Virus record (IMG/VR): IMGVR_UViG_3300045988_070370
Span: 3,495-67,494 of that record
DNA: 64,000 bases
Origin: a virus
Reading direction: 5' to 3' (one strand)
In this document: positions 8,376 through 17,651 of the stretch, one piece after another
Position numbering within the stretch: the stretch's first letter is position 1
Layout of the letters: every line of letters begins with the position of its first letter
Position numbers and translations under genes: made by a program
The notes under the pieces: generated by a model
The model's input: only the letters and a program-made list of their open reading frames with translations
Told to the model about the DNA's origin: nothing
Database searches by the model: none

Positions 8376-8803
8376 TAATATGTATCACGCTCATAGGATA
8401 TGATGGCATGGGTCTCTATGAAGGTTGCTCTATTCAGAACCGACTAAGTTACCCTTTCTTCCATCAGAACATCTTTCATGCAGCCATCAACCTCTATGTG
8501 TTTCACCAATGTTACCGAGCAATCCCTTGCGGTATCGGTCACATGGTAGCATTCTATCTCATAGCCGTAAGCTATCCTTTTGCATCATCCGCACCAATCA
8601 TCGGTCTCAGCGGATTTATCTATGCTTACATGGGCTTTATTGCCCCATACGTTGAGAATAAGGTAAGATACAATCTCACCATTCTCCTATATATCTGTGT
8701 TGGAATCTTCTTCCCTTGCATGGCTGCTGGAGTCCACATCTATTGCTATGTACTTGGTCTGTTGTGGGGTTATTTAAATGCACCGCTATGCCAAGACAAG
8801 TAA
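8324..8803 (+). CDS. Rhomboid-family intramembrane serine protease
   Basis: ORF 8228-8803, with likely start MLRTSSEK at 8324. There are six hydrophobic helices in about 159 aa. The TM2 motif HQNIFHAAIN matches HxxxxHxxxN, the TM4 motif is GLSGFIYAYMG (GxSG), and TM6 carries GVHIYCYVLGLLWG (His plus GxxxG). Confidence 0.75.
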   Translation: MLRTSSEKIALYAGYIIIICITLIGYDGMGLYEGCSIQNRLSYPFFHQNIFHAAINLYVFHQCYRAIPCGIGHMVAFYLIAVSYPFASSAPIIGLSGFIYAYMGFIAPYVENKVRYNLTILLYICVGIFFPCMAAGVHIYCYVLGLLWGYLNAPLCQDK

Positions 8804-10929
8804 AACTGACAGATGCTGTAGACAAACATGTACTGGGCATCCTGAAAGAGAACGAGAAACGCATCAAGGAAATCAACACACCATTCAATCCTATCAAGGG
8901 TGAAGGTTGTGGAGATAAGCGATTCCTGCTCTTCCTTCCCGACTTCCCGATTCAGAGACAGCAGCTTCCAGTTTCGATGAAGAAGATTCCGCTCGTCAAG
9001 ATGCTCATCGAGTTGGGTAGCTGCAAGGCAGTAATCGAGGAACTGCACAAGGATATAGACGAGCCGTACAACCTAGAGGAAGAAATGGAGCAACTGGTGG
9101 AGCAGTTCACTCGCATCAGGATGAAACACGACCCCTTCTTCTTCTTTGCGACATTCATCTATATCAAACCGAAAAGTTGCGGTTTACCATTCTTATTCAA
9201 ACTCAGAAGACCGCAGCGAAGGCTGCTCAGATGGTTGGAGGAGCGAAGAAAAAAGAATCGCCCTATCCGTCTCATTCTTCTGAAAGCAAGACAATGGGGA
9301 GGTTCTACGGTTATCCAGATGTACTTCCTTTGGCTACAACTCATGTGGAAGAAAGGTCTTAACTCGCTTATTATCGCTCAGGTTAAGGACACAGCAGAAA
9401 CCATCCGAGGTATGTTCGATGAGGCTTTGAAGATGTTTCCTGTAAAGTTCCTGCACGAAATGGGGGAAGCTTATTCTGAAAACGAACAAAAGTTTGTTGG
9501 ATTCGGTACATCAGGTAACGTAAAGAAAGTACCTCAGAGATTCTGCAAAATTAAGGTAGGTTCAATGGAACGTCCTAAATCTCTAAATGGTGAAGATTAT
9601 ACGCTAATCCACTGCTCCGAGGTTGGTTTATGGGAAGCAACAGATGGAAAAACACCAGAAGATGTTGTTAACAATGCCACAAATGGTGTACTCTACCGAC
9701 CATATACTATGATTGTATATGAATCAACCGCAAACGGTACAGGAAATTTCTTTCATAAGGAATGGTTGGCAGCAGAATCAGGGGAATCACAATTTGAGCC
9801 GTTTTTTGTCCCATGGTTCGAGATTTACGACCTATACCATCTTGATTTTGAAAGCAAGAAACAGAAAGAAGAATTTGCTAGATGGTTATACGAGAATCGC
9901 AACAACACCAACACGATGTCCGACCGTGAAGAGCCATGTACATATCTTTGGAAGTTGTGGCAAATGGGTGCGCCTTTAGAGGCGATTAACTGGTACATTA
10001 TGGAGCGAAGGAAGTTTTCTGACCATGGTGACATGGCTAGTGGTTATCCATCAAATCCAGTAGAGGCCTTCAAACACTCAGGAGCCAAGGTATTTGCCGA
10101 AGACAAGGTTGACCAGTTCAAGAAAGGTTGCCGTGCACCTAAGTTCATCGGTGATGTTTATGGCGATGGTTATAAGGGTAAGAAGTGCCTACAGAATGTG
10201 CGATTCTCAGAAGACAAGACTGGTCAGTTGTGGATATGGAGCAAGCCTGAGTACTTTGATGATTGCAAGGTAACCAACCGCTATCTGGTTGTTGTGGATA
10301 TTGGTGGTAGAGGTAGTAAGGCAGACTGGTCTGTTATCTGTGTCTTCGACCGCTATTGGATGATGGAAGGCGGCAAACCATACGTGGTAGCCCAATGGTA
10401 CGGACACATAGATATGGACTTGCTGGCATGGAAGGCAGCACAGATAGCCAAGTACTACGACAATGCCCTGCTGGTGATTGAATCCAACACCTTGGAGACG
10501 AAAGACAAGGAGCACATCTTGGAAGGTGGTGACCAGTCTGAGTTCATCCTGAATCAAATCAAGGATGAGTACGATAATCTCTATGCTCGCAAGCAGAGCG
10601 AAGCAGACATCAAGGAAGGTCTTCCACGTAAGTACGGATTCCATACCAATGTGGCAACCAAGCCGATGGTTATCTCTGTACTGGTTCAGGTAGTCAGAGA
10701 ACATCTATACGTTGAGCGAGACCAGCGATGCCTGAACGAGTTCCTTACCTACGAGCGTAAGAAGAACGGAGCATACGGAGCCATCGACGGAAAGCACGAT
10801 GATTTGCTCATGACCAGAGCCATCGGACTCCACATCTGTTTCAATGAAATGGAAATGCCTAAGATGATAGAGAATAAGACAAGAGTAATGACAAGAAAGG
10901 TTTCTGTTTCGGCAGCAACCATCATATAG
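8788..10929 (+). CDS. terL: Terminase large subunit
   Basis: ORF 8716-10929, with likely start MPRQVKL at 8788. It has the ATPase P-loop-like LLKARQWGGST, a Walker-B-like LIHCSEVGLW, and a C-terminal RNase-H-like nuclease segment VVVDIGGRGSKADWSVICVFDR. Confidence 0.85.
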   Translation: MPRQVKLTDAVDKHVLGILKENEKRIKEINTPFNPIKGEGCGDKRFLLFLPDFPIQRQQLPVSMKKIPLVKMLIELGSCKAVIEELHKDIDEPYNLEEEMEQLVEQFTRIRMKHDPFFFFATFIYIKPKSCGLPFLFKLRRPQRRLLRWLEERRKKNRPIRLILLKARQWGGSTVIQMYFLWLQLMWKKGLNSLIIAQVKDTAETIRGMFDEALKMFPVKFLHEMGEAYSENEQKFVGFGTSGNVKKVPQRFCKIKVGSMERPKSLNGEDYTLIHCSEVGLWEATDGKTPEDVVNNATNGVLYRPYTMIVYESTANGTGNFFHKEWLAAESGESQFEPFFVPWFEIYDLYHLDFESKKQKEEFARWLYENRNNTNTMSDREEPCTYLWKLWQMGAPLEAINWYIMERRKFSDHGDMASGYPSNPVEAFKHSGAKVFAEDKVDQFKKGCRAPKFIGDVYGDGYKGKKCLQNVRFSEDKTGQLWIWSKPEYFDDCKVTNRYLVVVDIGGRGSKADWSVICVFDRYWMMEGGKPYVVAQWYGHIDMDLLAWKAAQIAKYYDNALLVIESNTLETKDKEHILEGGDQSEFILNQIKDEYDNLYARKQSEADIKEGLPRKYGFHTNVATKPMVISVLVQVVREHLYVERDQRCLNEFLTYERKKNGAYGAIDGKHDDLLMTRAIGLHICFNEMEMPKMIENKTRVMTRKVSVSAATII

Positions 10930-10951
10930 TTCAAACTAAATAATTACGATT

Positions 10952-11257
10952 ATGAAAGTAACAAAGATTTTCAAGCGCATCAAGTGCGAAATCATGTACC
11001 GCCAAGCTACGGCTAAGGCAGACTACGCATCCAAGAAGAACAATGGAGAAATCTTCTATGTTCTTCCTACACAGAAGGGCAACCTGATGATTATGAACCG
11101 CTCACTATTCGAGACGTTCAAGAGAACAAAACTGGTTGACAACGACATGAAGGTTAGAGACCTGTTCAGGGATTGTGTCTATCATACCAACTGCAAGAGC
11201 AAGAAGGGTAAGGCGAGCCGCAAGCGCAAATTCCTAAGATGGAAAGGACTTATTTAA
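10952..11257 (+). CDS. Small basic hypothetical protein
   Basis: 101 aa with a K/R-rich C-terminus, between TerL and the tail fibre. Confidence 0.5.
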   Translation: MKVTKIFKRIKCEIMYRQATAKADYASKKNNGEIFYVLPTQKGNLMIMNRSLFETFKRTKLVDNDMKVRDLFRDCVYHTNCKSKKGKASRKRKFLRWKGLI

Positions 11258-11302
11258 CAGTACTTCATTAACTGATAAGGTTATACAATTAGAATAAAAA
11301 TA

Positions 11303-11310
11303 TAACTTTG
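11303..11310 (+). promoter_or_regulatory. -7 promoter box TAacTTTG upstream of the tail fibre gene
   Basis: taactttg lies 15 nt upstream of the ATG at 11325. Confidence 0.45.
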
Positions 11311-11324
11311 CAGAAAAAAAGGAC

Positions 11325-13400
11325 ATGGCAGAAACTATCAATACACAGACTACTGGATATGAATGCGTTGGCATTGAAAAGATAGAGCAGACTTACGAAG
11401 GTCTGTTCGACAACAAGCCAAACATCATAACCATATATCTTACAAACGGAGACACTCATCAGTTTAAGGTGATGAATGGCTCACAAGGAGTAGGTATAGA
11501 CAGGATTGAGCAAAGGCAAACGTCCACCGTTAGTGGTGGAAGAAACGAGTTTGCCATTATTCTCACGAATGGAAAGGAATATACGTTCTCTACATACAAC
11601 GGAAGCGGTGGCTCTGGGTCAAGTGGTAGTTTCAACCAAGTCCTACAGCAGCTGAACAACTTGTTGATGCCATCAGGAAAAAGCTACCTGTATTATAACG
11701 GAAGTGGCTTTGAGTGGAAATCTCCAGATGGTTCTACAGGTGGTGGCACGGCAGACCTCTCTGAGTACAGTTGGTGGGGAAGAAAGTTTGACCCTGCGTC
11801 TAAGTCGATTACAGGCGAAATGTCTAGTGTCACCTGTATAGAGTTTCAATCAACCAATGGCGAAACAGTCATCAGAAAGAAACTCCATCTTGACAAGAAC
11901 GGTGACTTGTGCTTTGACGGAAACTTATATGCCACTGGTGGAATAACAGCTTTAGGAGTAGGAACTACAACTGGTGGTGGTAGCTCATCTTCATCCCGCT
12001 ATCCGTTCACCATCTACAATGGTTCATCGGATAATGACTATATTACTTATGATGGTAGTTCTTCTGCATATTTAAGGTTCAAAAGCGGTTTTTCTATATC
12101 AAAAACAGGCTTGGGTTATGAGATTTCAGTTTCTGGTGGTGGAAGTGGTGGTTCTATACAAGTTGCACAAACACCAGAATATGCTGGAGAAAGTGAGAAT
12201 TGGGTTAGTACAACTAAATTACGTTTTGTAGGTATTACTGGTACAAAACCAACTATTAGAACAAATTCTGAAAAAAGTTGTGTAGATGTTGGTATTCCTG
12301 TTGGTGGTGGAAGTGGCTCTAGTGGTACTACTGCTGGTAAGTTACGTTTCTACCAAGATAGTTCAGAAGAAACGTGGAATGGTGAATCTGACTTCAAGAT
12401 AATCTTTGGCAGTGGAATCAACGTAACTTGGGATAGTCATTCACAGATTACTTTATCTGCTTTAGGCGGAAGTGGTGGTTCTACGTCAACAAGTGTATCT
12501 TGGTCAGACGTAACAAACAAGCCGAGCACGTTTACACCTAGCAGTCATACTCATTCAACAAGTGACATCAATGGTCTCTCTAATTACGTGCGGGGCATCA
12601 CAGTTAATAATGCTGACAAAGCAACGCAGTTGGCAAACCCACGACTCATTTGGGGACAGAGCTTCAATGGAACTGGTGACATCAACGGCAACTTGAAAAT
12701 GGGTTCGGCAGGAGGTGGTTCTATTCAGCTTTGGATGAACAATGGCAATATGCTCGATCGTACAAACAATATACTCCATATTGGTTATGGACTGAAAGAA
12801 TCGTCTTATGCAGAGATAAATTTGGATGCCTATGCAACGAAGGTTTATACCGACAACATGAGCAAGCACTATGATTTCAAGAGCAATGTCTTCGATGTTA
12901 ATTCAAACCAAATACACTTTGGTTCTGAAACTAATGGTGGTAAAATCTCTTGGGATGCAGCTAATAAAGCTTTCAAAATAGAAGGAAATATTTATGCTAC
13001 TGGAGGTATAACTGCACTTGGTGTAAGTAATAATGCTACTACAAGCAATAATGTTGACTTTACTTTTAAAAGTGTTACTGCAAATACTTTTAATGTTATA
13101 GATAGTATTCAACTATCTGATAGTCTTATCTTAAACAGGATTGACAGTAATGTTTACTTAGCTAGTACAGATGTTACTCAGGCTAGTTATATATATCTTG
13201 ATGGTAATGACCAAAATTATTATTTAAGTTCACAAGGAGACGCTTATTTTAATAGTTTAAATTGTGATATTTTTAATTTTTCTGGAGTTACAAATTTTGA
13301 AATTGTTGATGCAAATGATACAGGTTTTAACATTCAATTTAATTATAATGGTAAAACATATAAATTTTTTCCATCTGATAACAGTGTTACTGTAAGTTAA
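11325..13400 (+). CDS. Tail fibre protein
   Basis: 691 aa. Two N-terminal roughly 40-aa repeats are present (GIEKIEQ...ITIYLTNGDTHQFKVMNGSQG and GIDRIEQ...AIILTNGKEYTFSTYNGSGG). Several GGGS/GGSGGS linkers occur, and the motif YATGGITALGV appears twice. Confidence 0.75.
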   Translation: MAETINTQTTGYECVGIEKIEQTYEGLFDNKPNIITIYLTNGDTHQFKVMNGSQGVGIDRIEQRQTSTVSGGRNEFAIILTNGKEYTFSTYNGSGGSGSSGSFNQVLQQLNNLLMPSGKSYLYYNGSGFEWKSPDGSTGGGTADLSEYSWWGRKFDPASKSITGEMSSVTCIEFQSTNGETVIRKKLHLDKNGDLCFDGNLYATGGITALGVGTTTGGGSSSSSRYPFTIYNGSSDNDYITYDGSSSAYLRFKSGFSISKTGLGYEISVSGGGSGGSIQVAQTPEYAGESENWVSTTKLRFVGITGTKPTIRTNSEKSCVDVGIPVGGGSGSSGTTAGKLRFYQDSSEETWNGESDFKIIFGSGINVTWDSHSQITLSALGGSGGSTSTSVSWSDVTNKPSTFTPSSHTHSTSDINGLSNYVRGITVNNADKATQLANPRLIWGQSFNGTGDINGNLKMGSAGGGSIQLWMNNGNMLDRTNNILHIGYGLKESSYAEINLDAYATKVYTDNMSKHYDFKSNVFDVNSNQIHFGSETNGGKISWDAANKAFKIEGNIYATGGITALGVSNNATTSNNVDFTFKSVTANTFNVIDSIQLSDSLILNRIDSNVYLASTDVTQASYIYLDGNDQNYYLSSQGDAYFNSLNCDIFNFSGVTNFEIVDANDTGFNIQFNYNGKTYKFFPSDNSVTVS

Positions 13401-13406
13401 AATATT

Positions 13407-13760
13407 ATGAATAAGAATATAAATACAAATGGAAGAGCTGCTTTATATGCGAGTATATATCCAGCTATAGAAAGAACCTGTGTTGCTAATGGGTGGTGTA
13501 GTGCAGTTCATGGTAGTGTAGTTACTGACTTTGACTTAACACTACAACCTTATACAGATAAAGCAATACAAATTAAGGAACTTCTTTATAAGATAAGAGC
13601 AGCTTTAGAACTTGGTAATATTCCAGTTTTATATGCAGGTAAATCTCATCATAATAGATGTATGTTTGGTATTTGTATAACTGAGAATATGTATCTAGAT
13701 ATATCTGTTATTGATGATGGTACTATAGGTGTTGAACATTTAAAGAAAGGAATGGTATGA
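13407..13760 (+). CDS. Hypothetical protein in the low-GC tail cassette
   Basis: 117 aa. Its stop overlaps the next start (ATGA). Confidence 0.5.
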   Translation: MNKNINTNGRAALYASIYPAIERTCVANGWCSAVHGSVVTDFDLTLQPYTDKAIQIKELLYKIRAALELGNIPVLYAGKSHHNRCMFGICITENMYLDISVIDDGTIGVEHLKKGMV

Positions 13761-13945
13761 AAAAATTTATTCAGTGGTTGGCAAAGGTATTCAATGCCAA
13801 CATAACAACAGAGAAAGTAGTAACCAAGGAGGTAGTAAAATATGTATCTGCTGGTACTATTAGTGGTGATGTTTATGTAGATGGAAATCTTGTTGTAAAT
13901 GGCAAGATTGAAGCTACTGGTGGTATAACTTGTTTAAAGAATTAA
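13757..13945 (+). CDS. Small protein with tail-fibre-like DGNLxxNGKIEATGGITCL motif
   Basis: 62 aa. The C-terminal 25 aa parallel the (D/E)GN(L/I)YATGGITALG segments of the fibre. Confidence 0.5.
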   Translation: MKKFIQWLAKVFNANITTEKVVTKEVVKYVSAGTISGDVYVDGNLVVNGKIEATGGITCLKN

Positions 13946-13948
13946 GGC

Positions 13949-15379
13949 ATGAGTATAGTAAATGGAATTATAACTGCTCCAGTTAGTATTGAGGATGTAA
14001 AGAAAATCCTTAATGAGAGTAGTAATGATATTGCTACTCTATGTAAGAACCACAATATAAATATGTGGTCTAAGTATAAGCCAGTAAACCTTAGAAAGAA
14101 GTTTGTGACTGATACTTTAAATTCTGATGGTAGAAGTTGGACTGCACCTAGTGGAAAATTAGGTTGGTGGTTAGGAAATAATACTGTTAATGATGCAGCT
14201 TTGGTTATTCCTTTAGTGTCTAGAAAATCAGACTTTGATAGCGATAAAGCAAAATGGATATACAACAGACCTTATGGAGGTAATGAATCTCCTTATCGTC
14301 TTTCTGATTTTGCAGGCTATTATGATGACGCTCAACCACCAATTTATCCAGCATATCCAAATACTAATGAGTTTTTCATATCAGAGACTGCAACATTTAG
14401 TATATATGCTACTAATACAAGCGATATAGACTATCCTAATCAATGTGTATCATTAAAAGATATATTCCAAATACTTACGCAAATTACAGATGGTGAAGTA
14501 TATCCTGCTATTTATCTATATAATGTAACAAAGAAGAGAGGTAGTTATTATTCTAAACCTGACCCTATCGATACAGGTCTTGATGATGAAGGTTATCAAT
14601 TTTCTGTCAAGTTTAGCTCTGGTGCTCCTATATCAGAGGGAGGTTGTGGTTTTAGTTGTAATGTTGGTGATGTTATAAGAGTTTATCTTCTTCTATGCAC
14701 AACTGGAGGTGTAGAAGATAACTATTTCTTCAATAGTTTTTCGTTGCAACACAGTGTTTATGTAGGATATAAGGAATACACTTTGAAGTCTGACAAAGAT
14801 AAACCTTATGATTATGATACAGCAACAATTAATATAAGAGATAAAACTACTAATCAAAGAAATGATTATGCAGGTAAATATGTGCTTAATGGCGATGGAA
14901 ATCCTATGTTGCTTGCTGGTATTCTAGAAGTGTCGGGCAATTTCAACTACACATTCTCTTCCTCTCATCCACCAAAGGGAATGACATATACAATTCTTGC
15001 TCAATATCAGGATGCTAATGGTGATGTTTCTACTTGTGCTTCTGAAAGCAAATATGTTCGTGCAGCAAGTACTTTGACTGGTTATGATTTTAGTAACTTA
15101 GGTGTTACAGTATATCAAACTTTAAAAGATGCAGAGAATCAAGAAGGAGGTGTTAGAGTTGAAGGTATTCCACTTATAGAAAAAGAGGCTGGTAGTAGTT
15201 CTTCTATTGTTGCAACAGATATTAACTTGCATGTATATTTCGACCCTTATGAAGGAGATACACTTATTACTGCATATAATGTATCATATATTGGAAATCC
15301 TTTATATTCTTATGGTGATTTTACAAAAGCAAAGCCTGTTGAATTTAAACTTATAAATAGTTCTGATAAGATAGAATAA
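13949..15379 (+). CDS. Hypothetical distal tail / receptor-binding candidate
   Basis: 476 aa, beta-rich, low-GC, last large gene of the tail operon. The assignment is by position only. Confidence 0.45.
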   Translation: MSIVNGIITAPVSIEDVKKILNESSNDIATLCKNHNINMWSKYKPVNLRKKFVTDTLNSDGRSWTAPSGKLGWWLGNNTVNDAALVIPLVSRKSDFDSDKAKWIYNRPYGGNESPYRLSDFAGYYDDAQPPIYPAYPNTNEFFISETATFSIYATNTSDIDYPNQCVSLKDIFQILTQITDGEVYPAIYLYNVTKKRGSYYSKPDPIDTGLDDEGYQFSVKFSSGAPISEGGCGFSCNVGDVIRVYLLLCTTGGVEDNYFFNSFSLQHSVYVGYKEYTLKSDKDKPYDYDTATINIRDKTTNQRNDYAGKYVLNGDGNPMLLAGILEVSGNFNYTFSSSHPPKGMTYTILAQYQDANGDVSTCASESKYVRAASTLTGYDFSNLGVTVYQTLKDAENQEGGVRVEGIPLIEKEAGSSSSIVATDINLHVYFDPYEGDTLITAYNVSYIGNPLYSYGDFTKAKPVEFKLINSSDKIE

Positions 15380-15417
15380 AATATTGAAATAACAATAACA
15401 ATTTAAATATTATAATT

Positions 15418-15687
15418 ATGAAGAAGATTAATTTCGCTGCGTTGCAGATTGCAACAAACATCAAGAAGGACGAGTATATAACCAAAGACATCCGAGAGGA
15501 GTTGGCAAATGCCATGTACCAGAACGCCAGAGGCATCGGCTATATGGCATTGGCTATGAAGATATACAAGTCGGATGGTGAGGTTGAGCTTGACGATAAG
15601 GAGTTCAAGCTGTTGAAGGACTTCGGACAGGGATTCCCTCTCTTCTACCAAGATGCACTTGGACTGCTCGAAGAGGAGAAAAAGTAA
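15418..15687 (+). CDS. Hypothetical protein
   Basis: 89 aa, same strand, followed by a bidirectional terminator. Confidence 0.5.
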   Translation: MKKINFAALQIATNIKKDEYITKDIREELANAMYQNARGIGYMALAMKIYKSDGEVELDDKEFKLLKDFGQGFPLFYQDALGLLEEEKK

Positions 15688-15897
15688 CGAGTATTATAAA
15701 TAACAAGGTGTAAGATATGATTTACAAGATAGTACAAGGTAACAGCTTCAAGCTTCACATCTTGGTTCGCAAGCCAGATATATAAGTTAGAAAGGTTTGA
15801 ATTGGAGGATATTATCAGATACTCTTTTGTGATAATATTAGGCTCTATTATTTGTATTTTATTATGGCAATAATAAATAGCAAATAGCTTTACAGAT

Positions 15898-15934
15898 AAA
15901 AAGATAGGTAGATTAAATTTTACCTATCTTTTTT
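15898..15934. terminator. Bidirectional rho-independent terminator
   Basis: AAAAGATAGGTA-GATTAAATTT-TACCTATCTTTTTT is a perfect 9-bp stem flanked by an A-run and a T-run, between convergent genes. Confidence 0.7.
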
Positions 15935-16316
15935 ATTGTTGCACTACCTGAAAAAGCTGCTCGCACAAACTACCCATCATATAGCATGGTTCTTCGCTCA
16001 GCATATCTATTCCGTCCCGATCACAGATATGCGCTACCACATGAAGAAGCTCATGACCGATAGTATTGATGATGCCGCCATCAGATTCACACTCCCCAAT
16101 GGCAAGAACACTTCTTCTTTCCGATAGGTTGGAATAGGTAAGACCTCTGTCTGCACTCTCCTTGGTTAGATGTTCGTAGGCCTCTGATAGCGGAGTTCCG
16201 TTGCAGCCTATATCAGAAAGAGCATGGCATATCTTATCGGCATCAGGTGGCTGATAACCTATGAAACATACTATGCTCCATTCGTACTTCGGAAGGTATA
16301 TTTCTCTTCTCATCAT
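15933..16316 (-). CDS. Small standalone zincin-like metallopeptidase (HExxH)
   Basis: ORF 15933-16331. The start MMRREIY overlaps the upstream stop (ATGATGA). The motif is TIGHELLHVVAHICD. Confidence 0.5.
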   Translation of the reverse strand: MMRREIYLPKYEWSIVCFIGYQPPDADKICHALSDIGCNGTPLSEAYEHLTKESADRGLTYSNLSERRSVLAIGECESDGGIINTIGHELLHVVAHICDRDGIDMLSEEPCYMMGSLCEQLFQVVQQ

Positions 16317-16741
16317 AACACATCTTCCCAAGGGATAGGCACACCATTATGGCAGCAGTCGGCATAGAATCGGTTGAAGATAAAACCATCCTTCTGGTCG
16401 GCATCATCCACCATATCCTTGATGAACTGGGCTAACTGCTCCTCATCCTTTATGGAAGACTTGTAGAAGTCAGCCCTCGCCATATTCGCCACATATACAT
16501 GGTCGTAGCCTATCTTATTCTTCACCTCAATTCCCTGACCAAGCAGAAGGGAATCCACCTTCTCCTTATCCCAAAACGAGATACTTACATCACGCTTGGA
16601 GGAAGGGTCATACTTGTACATCAGGCTTACCGCCCACTCACACATCTTCTTGCTGAAATGATAGCCATTGTATCTGAGATAGGCAACCATTGCCTCAGGT
16701 TTGAGGTCATACATATCCAATGACATTCTGCATTTTCCCAT
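16313..16741 (-). CDS. Hypothetical protein
   Basis: 142 aa, translationally coupled to the zincin-like ORF. Confidence 0.5.
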   Translation of the reverse strand: MGKCRMSLDMYDLKPEAMVAYLRYNGYHFSKKMCEWAVSLMYKYDPSSKRDVSISFWDKEKVDSLLLGQGIEVKNKIGYDHVYVANMARADFYKSSIKDEEQLAQFIKDMVDDADQKDGFIFNRFYADCCHNGVPIPWEDVL

Positions 16742-16808
16742 ATTGCTGAATATTAAAGGGAGTCTGGTCCCGACATAAATGTCACTACCAAAACTCCCAA
16801 GTTAAACA

Positions 16809-17090
16809 TTAGCGACCGCCACCATTGTAGCCGCCACCACCTCTTTCACCATAGCGGTTCGGGTAGTTCCAATCATCGTTGACGTTGTTGAATCTGCGTC
16901 TGTTCTCACGCTCTTCACGCTCCTCACGTTCTCTTCTCCAATCGTCACGATAATCAGGCATACGTTCACCCATACGCTCCTGCTTCATCTTTTTCAGACA
17001 AGACATAGCCTTGCTGCCAAAACCAAGCATAGACTCGATGTTGTCATACAAATCATCGAACTTATCTTCTGTAATCTCAATCATTACCAT
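16809..17090 (-). CDS. Small acidic/RE-rich protein with RGG-like tail
   Basis: 93 aa, containing WRREREEREERENRRR and a C-terminal GERGGGGYNGGGR. Confidence 0.45.
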   Translation of the reverse strand: MVMIEITEDKFDDLYDNIESMLGFGSKAMSCLKKMKQERMGERMPDYRDDWRREREEREERENRRRFNNVNDDWNYPNRYGERGGGGYNGGGR

Positions 17091-17124
17091 AGCTATAAAT
17101 TAAAGTGAATAGATAGGTAGGAGA

Positions 17125-17625
17125 TTACTTGCTCATGGTCTGCTGGAGCCATCCCATCATCTTGTCAATCTTGCCCTCAATGCCTGAAACCTTACCTTCC
17201 AGTTTGTTGATTTTCTCGGTCTGTTCCTTCTCCTTGGCTATCTGGGGGTTGAGTTGCTGTAGCATTCCCTCACAAGATTCTACTACCCTCTTGTTGTAAT
17301 CTACGCTCTCCAGTATCGCCTTGGATTGTCTCAGCATGGCATCCACCTCGGCACTCATGGCATCCTTATTGTCGCTAACCACAAGGTTCTTGTCGTTGGC
17401 TATCTGTCCGTTTGCTGGAAGTTGCTTGAAATCCACTTCCTCGTCACCCAGCTTCACCTTCACATCAACCACAGTCTCCATAGGCTGAGGTGTGAAGCCG
17501 TTATTAAAGGTAGGGTATTTCGTCTGAGGATTGCTTACCGAAACCACCTGACCGATTCGCAAATTCGGGTTTTCGCCCTTGTCGAGAACATAAAATAAGG
17601 AATTAGTTCTTAAACCTTGAAACAT
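17125..17625 (-). CDS. Hypothetical protein with coiled-coil C-terminus
   Basis: 166 aa. Confidence 0.5.
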   Translation of the reverse strand: MFQGLRTNSLFYVLDKGENPNLRIGQVVSVSNPQTKYPTFNNGFTPQPMETVVDVKVKLGDEEVDFKQLPANGQIANDKNLVVSDNKDAMSAEVDAMLRQSKAILESVDYNKRVVESCEGMLQQLNPQIAKEKEQTEKINKLEGKVSGIEGKIDKMMGWLQQTMSK

Positions 17626-17651
17626 AATGTAATCTCCTATATCTATTCTTG

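Noticed and set aside
11325-15379. A diversity-generating retroelement targeting the tail fibre.
   Set aside because: No reverse transcriptase ORF and no template/variable repeat pair were visible anywhere in the window.
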